From assembly GCA_038496445.1 (NCBI GenBank), contig JALMLS010000278.1, positions 7,831 to 71,830 of the forward strand: 64,000 nt of DNA, written 5' to 3'. Origin of the DNA: Trichosphaerium sp. ATCC 40318 (lineage: Eukaryota > Protista > Tubulinea). Below the pieces are notes generated by a model that did not search any database, was not told where the DNA came from, and saw only the letters and a list, made by a program, of their open reading frames with translations. This document shows, in pieces, positions 42,647 to 54,067 of this stretch; the stretch's first letter is position 1, and each line of letters starts with the position of its first letter. Both the position numbers and the translations under genes were made by a program.

Positions 42647-44164
42647 ATGAGCTTTAAAGCGGGATACGGTATCATAGGCATATATCCAAACTTTATAGAC
42701 GCCACACATAGCGTTACAACAAAAGAACAAAAGTATCGCCTTTCAGCGTTGCTTACAATCGAAGACGTGCGTAAAAACCGTTAACTATAACTTTTTATAC
42801 TTATTAGCACTAGAGAGGCCGAGATAACACTCACGACTCAGGAGAAATACTAATACGTTATGGAGATGATATAAGTAGCGGTATTTTAACTTTTACAAAG
42901 TTTCACCACATCAGGGTAACGTCACATGTCTGAAACCATTCTCGGTTTTTTTTCCAATTTTTTTCATGTTATTGCTCGTTTAATGCACGTGTTTTTTCTA
43001 CTTGATAATAACAGTTGCAATTCGTGATTCCCAATAAACAGAAAATTCATAATTTTAAGGACGTCATTCATATACTTTCACGTGACATTGTAATACACAT
43101 CTATATTTTTTTTGACGATTAGTATAAGGTGACTTATGATTTAATTTAGGTCTTTAATTATCCCAAGGATATCCACGGTTTAAAGAATGTTTTAAGTAGT
43201 ATACATTATGTCGGTAATTCTTCTTACGTGACAGTAAGCTTAATCACAAACGAATACGAAGGAGGTAGCTTACAAGTTGACATTCACTTTGCTTATCATA
43301 GTTAGCATTAAAAGGAGTCATGCCATCAGAAAAAGATATAATAGCTGAATGTAGAACAACTGGTGTCAAGGTTTCAAGGTAATACAAACAGATTATTCTT
43401 TAAAGAGCATCTTGATGACAAGTGTTCCGGTTTTTTTTAACTTGAATTGAAGATATCCCAAAATACATACTATACCTTTGGACAATGAAACACGAAATCA
43501 CTATGAAGCGTTAAGAAAGAATAATCCTCTTCCTTCTCATGAATTTATTCTAACCCCAGATACAATGAAGTCAATTCCTAACTTCAGAAAACAAGCAACA
43601 GGTAAACAACATACAAACTTTTCTCATTTTTTTCTTGTTTGTTTTTTTAAAAGAAGCAGAAATTCCATCAAACGATTTAACCAATGCAACACATACATTA
43701 TAAAAACCTACATAATAAACCACGGAAGAAATGAAATACTCTAACTTTGAAATAGATGTTGTTTATAAGGACTACAAAGTTAATTCATGGGATCTTGATA
43801 TTTTTGGACATGTCAACCATGCTCAATACATGGTATGGTATGAAGACTTAAAGTTGACAGCAAGTGGAGATAAAGGATTCAATAATAAGAGTCTAAGACA
43901 TGTATGTTTATATGATGTTTCAGAATTTATAATAGACTATGTCGGCGAAACTAAACTCAGTAAGTTTTTCTTGCTTTTTTTTTTGACTTAACTTTTTTTT
44001 CTTCAATAGGCGATACAGTGCGTATTGAGATGTTTGAGATTGAAGGCATTGTAAAAGAGACATCTACTTTATTTGGTTTTCACGTTATTACAAAAGATAA
44101 CTCAGTTACAAATCGTTGTATTATGATGGTTCCAATATCACAAAAAACACTTTCTTCTCTTTAG
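42647..44164 (+). CDS. Hotdog-fold acyl-ACP/acyl-CoA thioesterase
   Basis: HYVGNSSY in the first half and DLDIFGHVNHAQY..EFIIDYVGETKL.D in the second half. Confidence 0.8.
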
Positions 44165-44738
44165 AAAATTCCTGAAGAAGTATAGCATAAAATATTTGAT
44201 CATTGATCTACTGTACTTTTTGAATATTTGGTGTTCTGAAGCTTCTTGTAATTCACTTGTGCGTTCCGAAAATAAAGAGAAGAAAAACGTGTCAATCCAC
44301 TATGAAATATTGCTTCGCAGTTGATAATTGCTCTGCTTTAGTCAGAATATTGTTGTTTGACAATTGCTTTTTTTTAAAGTGATATTCTTGTTTTTACGAG
44401 TATTATGTCCACGTGATCAACTATAAAACGAGCATATGACAATACACTTTCGCAAAAACGATCAAAACTATTGTTGTTATTGAACAAGCTGCAAAATATC
44501 AATGTCCAATATGGCCCAAGCTCTATGTTTGCTTGCTACGGAACAGGACTTAACTGTTACAGTTGCACGCGATGCATTTTTTGTACTATGTATTCTGCTA
44601 AGTCACTTGTGATCTGGCGTTTATAATATGAGAAAAGGATTATTAATTAAACCGATAGAATTTATTTCCTGCATATTTCTCTTCGCGTGTTGTTTTTTTT
44701 TACCGTTCAAATGAAAAGAGAAAAAAAAGAAAGCGATT

Positions 44739-47375
44739 CTACCACTCTTCGTCATCATCATCAGACCAATCACTTCCATCACTTTCATCTTCCATATTAT
44801 CAGCTCGTAAATTATTTCTTCTGCTCTCTATAGCCTTTGAAAGAATACCTTTTCAAACATTAGAACACGTGCACAAAATAATTTCTTTTAACGTTAATAC
44901 GTACCTGCAATACCGCTCAATTGACTGTTATCAAGCTTCTCAAGAGAAACATCCTTTGGATCCACCTAGGCATAGAATGTTAGTAATTTAAGCTCGTTAT
45001 GAATGAAGCTTAAAAAGGTAACTGAATTCTTAGATAGTACTCACGTGTTTAAGTTTGACACCAGAAGCGATCTCCTAATTGGAAATAAATATTACGAATT
45101 AACTAGATATTATAGAAGAAATAACGTACGCCCAATAAACCACCACGAGGAGCGGCAGGTTGTTTATCTTCATGTTCAACATGAGCTAACTTTTTACCCT
45201 TTAATTGATCAGCCAAACTTCCTCCGCTTGGAGCTACAGCTGCAGGTGGAGGTGGTGGAGGCGCTGGAGCATTGGCATCAGCCTCTATGGCTGGAGGTGG
45301 TGGCGGCGGTGTTGGAGCGTTAGGATCTGGAGCAGTATCGACACCTACATCCTTTCCAAGAACAGGAGCTTTTTTGGCTGGCCTCTTTTTGCTGCGTTAC
45401 AAGTTAGTATTACAATTACAAAGTTTTCTCCTTACGATCCTGGCTTTGGTGGTGCTGGTGGTGGAGGTAATGATTTTTCGCCGGTAGGTGGAGGTGGAGG
45501 AGTAGCCATATCCTAAGAAAAAATAAGTTTCCGTGTTCTAATATATTGTTATAGTCTTACAGCTTCTCCTACGCCACCATCTGCTGTTTGTTCAGCTACA
45601 ATACCAAGTACCTAAAGAATAAGTATTAATAACCCGACAATATTTTTCACGTGAAAGACACGTGATTTTATACCAGTCTAGCAACTTCAGGATCTAAAAC
45701 GCAAAAAATTAGCTGAAAGCCACAGTGTTTTTTTTTGCTTACTCTGCGCCTCCTTTTTAGAAATACCGGCTTCTTTGAATAACTGCTTCCACTCTGGTGG
45801 CATATCTTTGATCTATGTTTTATAAGGTTCAAACTCGCTTATTCTTATCAACAAACCTCGAATCCTCCAGTTTTGGAATCAAAGCCAATATGTGTTGTTC
45901 TTTTGAATTCTCGAGGTGCCGATAGAGTAACTATTCAAACTTTCTTTTAGCGTATCTCATTTCTAAATTAAAACATTCGCTGGTTGACATACATCCGACT
46001 GCTACTTTGATAGCCTTCAATGCTTCTATAAATTCTCGTAATTCTTTGGATGTTTTACCCCACTCCATGACTAAAATTAATAAAATTAGTCAAAAAAACC
46101 GGCGACATAGTTTGCGAGTTTGTTACGTACATTCACTTCTCTCTATTGCTCCATTTTTATTTGTATCGACTTTTTTTAATACTACGTCAACGTAATTTTC
46201 TAGAGGATCCTTCTGTTTGCTCGCTACGGTTCGAAAACTTAGAACAATAAAACTTTAAAATAAACAAAGTACATTTTCCTTTTGTAGCCCATTTTGGAAG
46301 CGTTATTGTGCTTACATCTTCGACTTCCTCAACGTGATTTGCTGGAGCGTATCCATGAGTCTTTCCCTTTTGAGTCCACCACCAACTTTCTGTATTCTCA
46401 TTAGCTGAATCCAAGCACTGAAAAAAAAAAACCAAAAAGGCCGTAAGAGGCACCAATCGGTAAAGAAAATACAAAGGAAAAGTAACAATGCGCCCTTGTA
46501 TTAATAGGAATAAGAGGATACTGTTTTGTTGGGTTTATAACGGTTTTAGAAAAAGATGTGAAGAGTGAGCAGTACCATCATTCTTTGCTTTTAGAATCAT
46601 GATATCGCCAGCTTTGAAAGACAACTCTTGGTCTCCACCAGCGTCGTAATCAAAGTTAGCTTTTAAATAAGTCACAGAACCATCAGCTACAGCCTAAGAA
46701 TAACATGTCAAAAGGACATGGTAACAATTGAAACCCCAAATGAACAACGAACGAAAAAGCGATTGATTTAAAAAAGTTACGTTTAGTTTTTTTCTTCAAA
46801 GGCGCACGTGCGCACTGATACATTACCTTTTGTTTCTTCTGTTTAGGTATGTAGGGTTCAAATAACTTTGATGAAAGAATAGAGGCCAATTCTTTTTTAG
46901 ATATAGCTCCAGTACCACTAGTATTAAACATCTTGAAGAGAACTAAAACACAAAAGAATTAAATTTAGAAAAAAAAAAGAGAAAACACCCTAAAACCCCA
47001 CGTGATAACTTTGAACAATAATTTCCCGGTTCATGCGTACACTCAATCTTCTCCTTCTTTGTTCCCTTCTTGATTATAGCGAAGCCTGTTGCCCAATCCT
47101 CAAACACGAGCATCTTTTTACCGCAACATAGTCTCTTATAAAACCTCTTTGATAGAGTAGGGTACTCTGTTAAGAAGGCTTTACAGAAAGTCTTCTCATC
47201 AATTACTCCCTTTTTATTACATTGCGCTTGGAACTTCTCTCCGAGATCCTTTAGTTCAAACTCATCGACTTTTGATAGACGTTAGCTAAAATAAAGGAGA
47301 ATCTATGATAAAACAAAAGAGAGGGTATGTACATCTCTTCTTGGCTATTTCGGGTACAACTTGCTTGCCACCCAT
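44739..47375 (-). CDS. WASP-like Arp2/3 activator with N-terminal calcineurin-B/NCS-like EF-hand domain and embedded SH3
   Basis: MGGKQ..FDEFELKDLGEKF..KEKIEFLFKMFNTSGTGAISKKEL; SH3 ANFDYDAGGDQELSFKAGD..ESWW..GYAPANHV; EF DTNKNGAIERSE; CRIB LSAPREFKRTTHIGFD..PPEWKQLFKEAGIS; poly-Pro; WH2-like ..GVKLKH; C helix ILSKAIESRR; acidic DWSDDDDEEW*. Confidence 0.88.
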
Positions 47376-47845
47376 CGCTCCTGTAACCAGATTGGTTCAC
47401 ACCAGACCTTACAAGACTAAAGTAGGATAAAACACAAAACGAAAAAAAAAGCAGCAAATACGAATAGTGGTCACGTGATTATTTGATGAGCTTTTTCCTT
47501 TCAAAGTAAGTCGGTTTTCAACTTTTACGGTAAACGTAATCGCTGAATCCAGCTCAACCAGTTAAGGTAATGTCGTGAAGTAGTGTCTCAAAAATAATGC
47601 AAAATGGAGACAATGAAGAAGTTGCTAAAATGTCTATGATATGGATAGTACTTTTATCTTTTCGTTGGCCTTTTACAGTAGCATTGGTACTTCTTGGACA
47701 TACTTACAACCAAGAAAATTTTATAGAAGACCCAGAGAGGGTTGTACCAATCGTACTTTCACAATTTACTCCAATTGTACTCCGTGGGTAACAAAGAGTC
47801 CTGGAATTCTTGCTGTCAGAAAGGCAAAGTGCGAATTTCGTGTAT

Positions 47846-49049
47846 TCATACACTTGTTACATTTGGATCCATAGAAAATATAGCAGCAATGGCAAGGTGA
47901 TCTGAAGGGTAATATGCTGCAGGTAATCTCTCAGGAAGTGATTCCTTCTTTGGGATTTCAAGAACTTCACAAAGACCTAACTCTTTAGGATTATAAAATA
48001 TATAATCAATAGTATGACAAAGCTCAACCGCTAGAAACACAACAGACGTAAGAATCGTTTAAAACTTGTTTAGTAAAGTATCTTACCTCGCTTCTTGAAC
48101 GTAGAGAACTCTGAGCGCTCCGTAGCTCCATAACACGACGTCAAAGGACCAATAGGTTGCGTACTGCAAAAAAAAATAAGTAAAACAATGACGTGACTTG
48201 ATGCAAACTTACTGGGTTTTATCGCCAATAGTAACGCTTCCTTTGGTAACCAGAGTATGTACTAAGCTATCTGGAGTAGCATTGAAATCGCCAAGGACAA
48301 TAACAGGTAGTTGCTCGGTGTTATACTTGTGAATTTGTTTCAACAAAATATTTCCTTGACGCGATCGTTTCTCGCATAATCCTGGACCCATCTTCGCTTT
48401 CAAGTGTGTAAGAGCAACACATAATCCCTAAGTACAGTTTAAGCATAATGAAGATGATCAACAAGTACTTTGTGATTGCTTTTTGTAGGAACCAAAGTGG
48501 CGATTATTGCAACCTGTGATGCTCCTTTATCTCCAAGGTCCGTGTATTTTACGTCCAACTTGCTTTTAAGCGTAAAAGATGAGGTGTCATAAAACAAAGC
48601 GCAACCATCGTATGAACCGCCTCCTTTTTTGTGAAATACACCCGCGTATCCTTTTATGGTTAATGGGAATCACGAATAGCATGTACCTTTAGGTTTTAGC
48701 GCTGTTTCAAAATAATTAAACTTATCGCATTCTTCTAGCGCTATAATATCGTGATGGTGTTCGCATATCGCAGCTAATACCATTGGGCCTCTATTAAACC
48801 GTTTTTAGTTTTGTGTTTTACGTAGACTGTTCGCCTAATACCTTCTATCCCATGGTAAAACTGACTGATCAGTATGAGGGAATGCTAGTTTGCCATGCAT
48901 AGAGGATTGAGACAAAGAATCAGCCAAGACGTTAAATTGCAGCACAGATACTTTATCAGCTAATAAACGTTAGTTCGCGTTAACCATACATACGTTCTAC
49001 CATTGCTAGTTGCTAATTTTCGAAATGATCGAGCTACCAACGTGGTCAT
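47846..49049 (-). CDS. NOCT: Nocturnin-like EEP-family phosphatase/deadenylase
   Basis: VLQFNVLADSL, DIIALEECD, DGCALFY, SQVAI, THLKAK, LGDFNATP, TIDYIFY, YPSDH. Confidence 0.85.
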
Positions 49050-49408
49050 TTTTTTCACAGATTTTCTTTCTTGCGTTTAAAAGAAGTCCCAACGGACTTG
49101 GTTTGACTATAAATACTGTGCTAGCAACTCTCTAGCAAAGTATAAATACAAAGCACCAGATGACGGAGATTAATGCCATTTCCTCGGCAAATTTTTGGAA
49201 TCACGTGACTTGCACAACTTTAACTGTTTTCCCGGTTTTTTGTCATTTCTTCAAGCTAGAGACGTTTGAACCGCAAGTCCTTTCGACAGGACAATGTGTT
49301 GGTAGTTACACACGCAAACAACTTCATTGATACTGTAGTCAATTCTGCGATCGGAGTACCCTTTTATTAAAAGTGTACAAGACTATGGCTGCAAACAGTG
49401 AATCAACA

Positions 49409-50281
49409 TCAATGTTGCTTTTCGCAAAAATGAATCGCCATCGGACCATTTCCTGTGGACTGATACCATATTGTAAATATCGTACAACTCTTTCTGTCCC
49501 ACAAAGGCCACTCGCGTTGTAAGTATCTGTATAAACAATGTTCATCACGTGGTACAAAGTACTTGAACGTAAATATGCGGCTTGCTTTGCAACAACGAAC
49601 TGTTTTGTTCGTATCTCTAAATAAACATTTGAAGCAGTAGCTCTTGTTATTCAATGAACAACATCCATCTTGCTCGCCGCATTCTGTACATAGTAGTTTG
49701 ATAACTTGTTTCTCTGATAAATACTCTTGTCTTTCAATGTATTGACTAGTGCACTCTCTACAAAGTCTCATAGCATCAACCACTGTAGACACGAAAGCAG
49801 AGCATATGTGGCATTTCATACCATAAGGTAGACTAACACTGTCAAGATGTGCGAGTTTGTTCCACTTTTCTGCACTGCCAGGTTTGTAAGGACAGCGTTG
49901 ATGCTGTGATTTATGAACGCGACAAGCTTTATCAAAAGTAATCATGGCATCCTGGAACGAAAGCTTTTGACCATGGAACTGCTCGTTGTATCTTGAATAA
50001 ACGAATACATATCTGTTATCCCTGAGAATCGGTACAAGCATTGGTAGACGTTTAGGGCATAAAATAGAGAGGTAGTGAAGGTTTGGAAGCAAGTTATCAT
50101 CATCACCAATAAAGTCATTTACATACTGTAGGCAATCTTTACTTGTTAATTTAAGCTGTATAATACTCCAAATGTTTGTACGGAGAAGTATATCGAGTAT
50201 TATAACAAAGGCATCGTAATAAAGTGTTGAGAGCGTTACCACATCTTCTTCAAACTCTGGCTGTTTTTTATTAGAATTCAT
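49409..50281 (-). CDS. Intronless hypothetical protein with multiple CxxC motifs
   Basis: 290-aa ORF; CHIC, CREC, CTEC, CFKC. Confidence 0.55.
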   Translation of the reverse strand: MNSNKKQPEFEEDVVTLSTLYYDAFVIILDILLRTNIWSIIQLKLTSKDCLQYVNDFIGDDDNLLPNLHYLSILCPKRLPMLVPILRDNRYVFVYSRYNEQFHGQKLSFQDAMITFDKACRVHKSQHQRCPYKPGSAEKWNKLAHLDSVSLPYGMKCHICSAFVSTVVDAMRLCRECTSQYIERQEYLSEKQVIKLLCTECGEQDGCCSLNNKSYCFKCLFRDTNKTVRCCKASRIFTFKYFVPRDEHCLYRYLQREWPLWDRKSCTIFTIWYQSTGNGPMAIHFCEKQH

Positions 50282-50633
50282 CCTAACGTAGTGGGTTGGT
50301 AATGGTACTGATACTGCAGTAGTAATAATTGGGTTACCCGTTGCCGTATTAATAAATGTACATATGAGAGTTGATGCAAGAGCGTTGGTTTGAAAGATTC
50401 TATTACAACTGTTGAAAATAAAGTGGGCACGTCACTAATCACTGAAGGGTACTTAGTTGAATGTTCCTACTCGCTACTTTCATACAATAAAATAAAATAA
50501 TTTTTTTGCAGATATAAATCACGTGATGCATGTTTACGAAACGTGTATAAAAACTTGTGACTCACAAGTTAAAGAAACTTGCAATGTTTATTTGATTTAC
50601 GGGCAGCCTGTAATCGTGGGGAAATTGTAAAGT

Positions 50634-51140
50634 TCATGGTGATAGAAGCTTCTATCACTGCTGAAGGAATCAAGTTGCTCAATGTAGTTCATACCATAAA
50701 GTTTGCTAATTTAGAAAAAAACAATGACAGAAAGAGTAAATACAAATTCTTATCAGAAACAATCTAGGATCTTGCTCAATACCTTAACAAAAAACTAACT
50801 TCTTTTACAAGCTAAAAACTCGGAAGACAAATGGTTAAAACATCTCGCAAATGTTCACACTGTCTATGCTTATGGGAAGTACCTTACTGATGATGGAATA
50901 AAAGAATTGGTAAGTGTCACTGTCAAACACTTGGAATTAGGTATATGCCCAAACATAAAAGATGAAGGGTGAAGACGTTAGTCAATCTTGAATATCTTCA
51001 ATTATGAATGTGTAAACATAGCACCATTGTGCCTGCAATACATGGAGTCTCTTAAATTTATTACAGTCTACGGAGATTCAAATATTATTACACAAGATGA
51101 TACTGAGGAATGGGGTATAATCTAGATTGTAGAAAATGAA
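50634..51140 (+). pseudogene. Degenerate LRR gene remnant
   Basis: ITAEGIKLLNVVHTI, DKWLKHLANVHTV, LTDDGIKEL, CPNIKDEG in shifting frames with stops; resembles repeats of 59392-60660. Confidence 0.65.
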
Positions 51141-51328
51141 CTAAAAAATACCAGCACTTGCAAATTTATTAAATTTATTTCAAACAACTAGACGAAAATA
51201 AAGCAACACCTCTTCACATCAAAAGGGTAGACCACGAATAAACTGTTTGCATATTTCTTCTGATATCAATTTCCAATGACTCTTGAAATCACCACTAACT
51301 CTGGCTGTCATCCTCACTCAATTCTTGT

Positions 51329-53397
51329 TTAGGTTGGTTTTGTGATATCACATTCTTCTTTCAAATGTAGGGCCACGGCGCTTTCTCTAATACGCAAAGG
51401 CACGTTTTGGTGCTTCTTTGTTTCATGAAGCCGAAGCAGCCATCCAACCACACCACAGTCTATTTCATAACTAGTTCAGGGATTTGTATCAAACCGCTCA
51501 TGCATGTGTTTCACTCATGCACATCTTGACAGTCTGAGATAGCCATCTATTTCAAAACATTAGCGATTACACCTTGGATGAGTTGGATGTTTTACCTTTG
51601 CTTAGACTTGAATACGGCTTGCTTTTGCCAAGCCCAGTTATGTTTAGGAAAAGCAAGTTGTAACGCACTGTGGAAGTGTGGTACAAACCCGCTAACGCCG
51701 AGGTTCATGATTTGGGAAAAAGATACATCATACCTTGTAATAAAATTAGTAAGAGTACTCCATCATCAAGTACAGAACGTTGTCTCCGTGTAAGTCCAAA
51801 ACAAGGCAAAAAAAAAATCAAAAAAGCCATATTATTGTCACGTGCAACTGCCAGTGACAGAAAAATATGATTTTTTGGAAGCATAATAAACAAGGCATAC
51901 CATCTATCCATAGTTGTTATCTTAAACTTATCTCTGATAACCTCAATGAACTTTACTTGATTTTCCACATTCCATGATTGTTTAAAACGTAGTTTATTCT
52001 CCCAGTTATAATCAGGGTAGAGCACCTTCAAACAAGCAATCTTAGAGTCACCATAACTAATAACATAATCGTAAGAAAGAAATACTCATCAAAATCTGAA
52101 GGAGCGTACACTCTAAGCAAGCCACCAGCTTGTACGTCATGGAGTTGTTCTTGAGTTATAGGTGCCCAATCACTAAATTGTTTTATACCAAGACGCTGAG
52201 CAATGTCTTCGAGTACAATACTATGATTATCAAAGTTGTCCCAGAAACCCATTGGAGAAACGCTACAATCAACTTTAGATATTCCACCTAATAACTGAAG
52301 TTGACTTTTAATTAACTTACGTGAAGCGCCATGCCTTCCATGCGAAGTTAGGATACAAATCTTGTAGGCAACGCAGAAAAGAATTATTGTAACTACAAAA
52401 AAATAAGCTCATAATCGCACGTGAGAGAAGAGAAGACAAAAAAAAAAACCGACGAAAAATATGTACCAAGCAAGTAAAGTTGAAAACGAATCAATTTGTT
52501 TACCGGATACGTTATACCAATCACTCAGAATATGTATGTGAAGAGACTAAGAAGTACTAGTGTTATAGAAACGCAATGACAAATAGTGCAAATGAACATA
52601 CCTTTGCAACACGTTCCATATCACTTCTTTTGTTTTCTTTATTTGACCAAAAAAATACTGGAAGATGCCTTTACATCGAAAGTAAACATCTTTTTGGAAT
52701 GTCTTGAGTCTAAACGTACTTGAAATACTTTCCATGCCACTCACGATGAGGATAAAGACTCTTTAAACACCTCACAAAGGAGTTTTCATACCTTTTATGC
52801 TCAAAGTCAGAAAAAACGTGAAACAAAAATAGCGCTGTGCAGAACGTACAACATTAGTAATCCGTGCGCGCCAGCGTCAATTAGCTCAGACAAGCCGTAG
52901 TCATACCAATCATCCAAGTGTTTGACGCCAAGATAGCGTCCTATGCCATCAAGACCACGAAGACGGTTTTCAATGGAGTGCCAGAACCCGTTTGGAGCCT
53001 TACTAAAGCCATTTAATGCGTGAATAAGCGTGTCAAAATAACACCAAAGCGTTATCAGTTTACTTGCTTGAAACTTACTCAAACCGCCATGGTTCCCATT
53101 TGTATGATATGTAGGTTGAAATTAAGCACGATGAGAGAGAATCGTACCTGCTGTAAATTAAAACGTGCTTTTCGTACATCTAGCGCACCCATCCATTGCT
53201 GAAGAGTATCCATGGCGATATACCGTCTCTTTACTTACACTATACCACCTGTCCATTGTATGTAATGTCAAAACTGCAGCACACTCTTCTAAAATAGCCA
53301 ATCTATTCGACAGCGTTTGTCGCACACGCTGACGAGCTATTGGAAGTTTTCTAACCGCAAGGCCTTTCATCGTTACAAAAACCAACGAAAACACCAA
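51329..53397 (-). CDS. Tandem-repeat protein (GFW..N....L.....DWY..GGLL..YP..W repeats)
   Basis: About five repeats, e.g. GFWHSIENRLRGLDGIGRYLGVKHLDDWY and GFWDNFDNHSIVLEDIAQRLGIKQFSDWA; termini approximate. Confidence 0.7.
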
Positions 53398-54067
53398 TTG
53401 GGGCGCGCCAGTTGTAAATTATCACCCCGTTGCGGTAGCGATCAAAAAAACACAAATGCTTAAGCGCGAGTAAGTGTGTATAAGTGAATTGGAGTTTTGA
53501 ACGGCGTACAGCATAGGCGACCTGTTGAGGGACCTATATTTACACTCAAACAAGGTGGAGACATCAAAGCTACTTTCAGGTGAACAATTACTCCCCAAAA
53601 CCGCCAGATGGACCTTCACGAAACCATACCGCATTTAAATGCCCGCGAACGCGTCGATCTAGCTTTAGAACGACTGAGCGCTAATAAAAACGGCGCTACA
53701 GTCCCAGAAATACAACAGCTCATAGACAGGTGCCAATAGGATTATAAAAAATTCCTTTTTGTAAATTATTTAAATCTTTACGTTCTTTCTAGTCATCTTA
53801 AAGAGCACCAACCTAAATCACGCGCACCATATATACAAAGAATATTACAAGAGGTACGACGAGTAGCTGAAATTTTACTACAACGGAAATTTGCTTCCAC
53901 AAAGCAGGAGTCGTTTTTTTCTTCACGACGCGTTGCAAATGTCGGTTTTATAGCATGGCGACGTTTCTGTTTAAGAATCAAAATGTCGCTCGAAAACACA
54001 CTTTTGAGCTTTGCTTCCTGAAACAAACAATGTGCGTTGTGTTGTTCCTCACAACAGTGATTAGGGT

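Noticed and set aside
45003-45516. Plus-strand Gly-rich ORFs
   Set aside because: Antisense shadows of the poly-proline exons of the WASP-like gene
47597-47791. 64-aa ORF with hydrophobic stretch
   Set aside because: Short, no homology, lies in the gap between two genes
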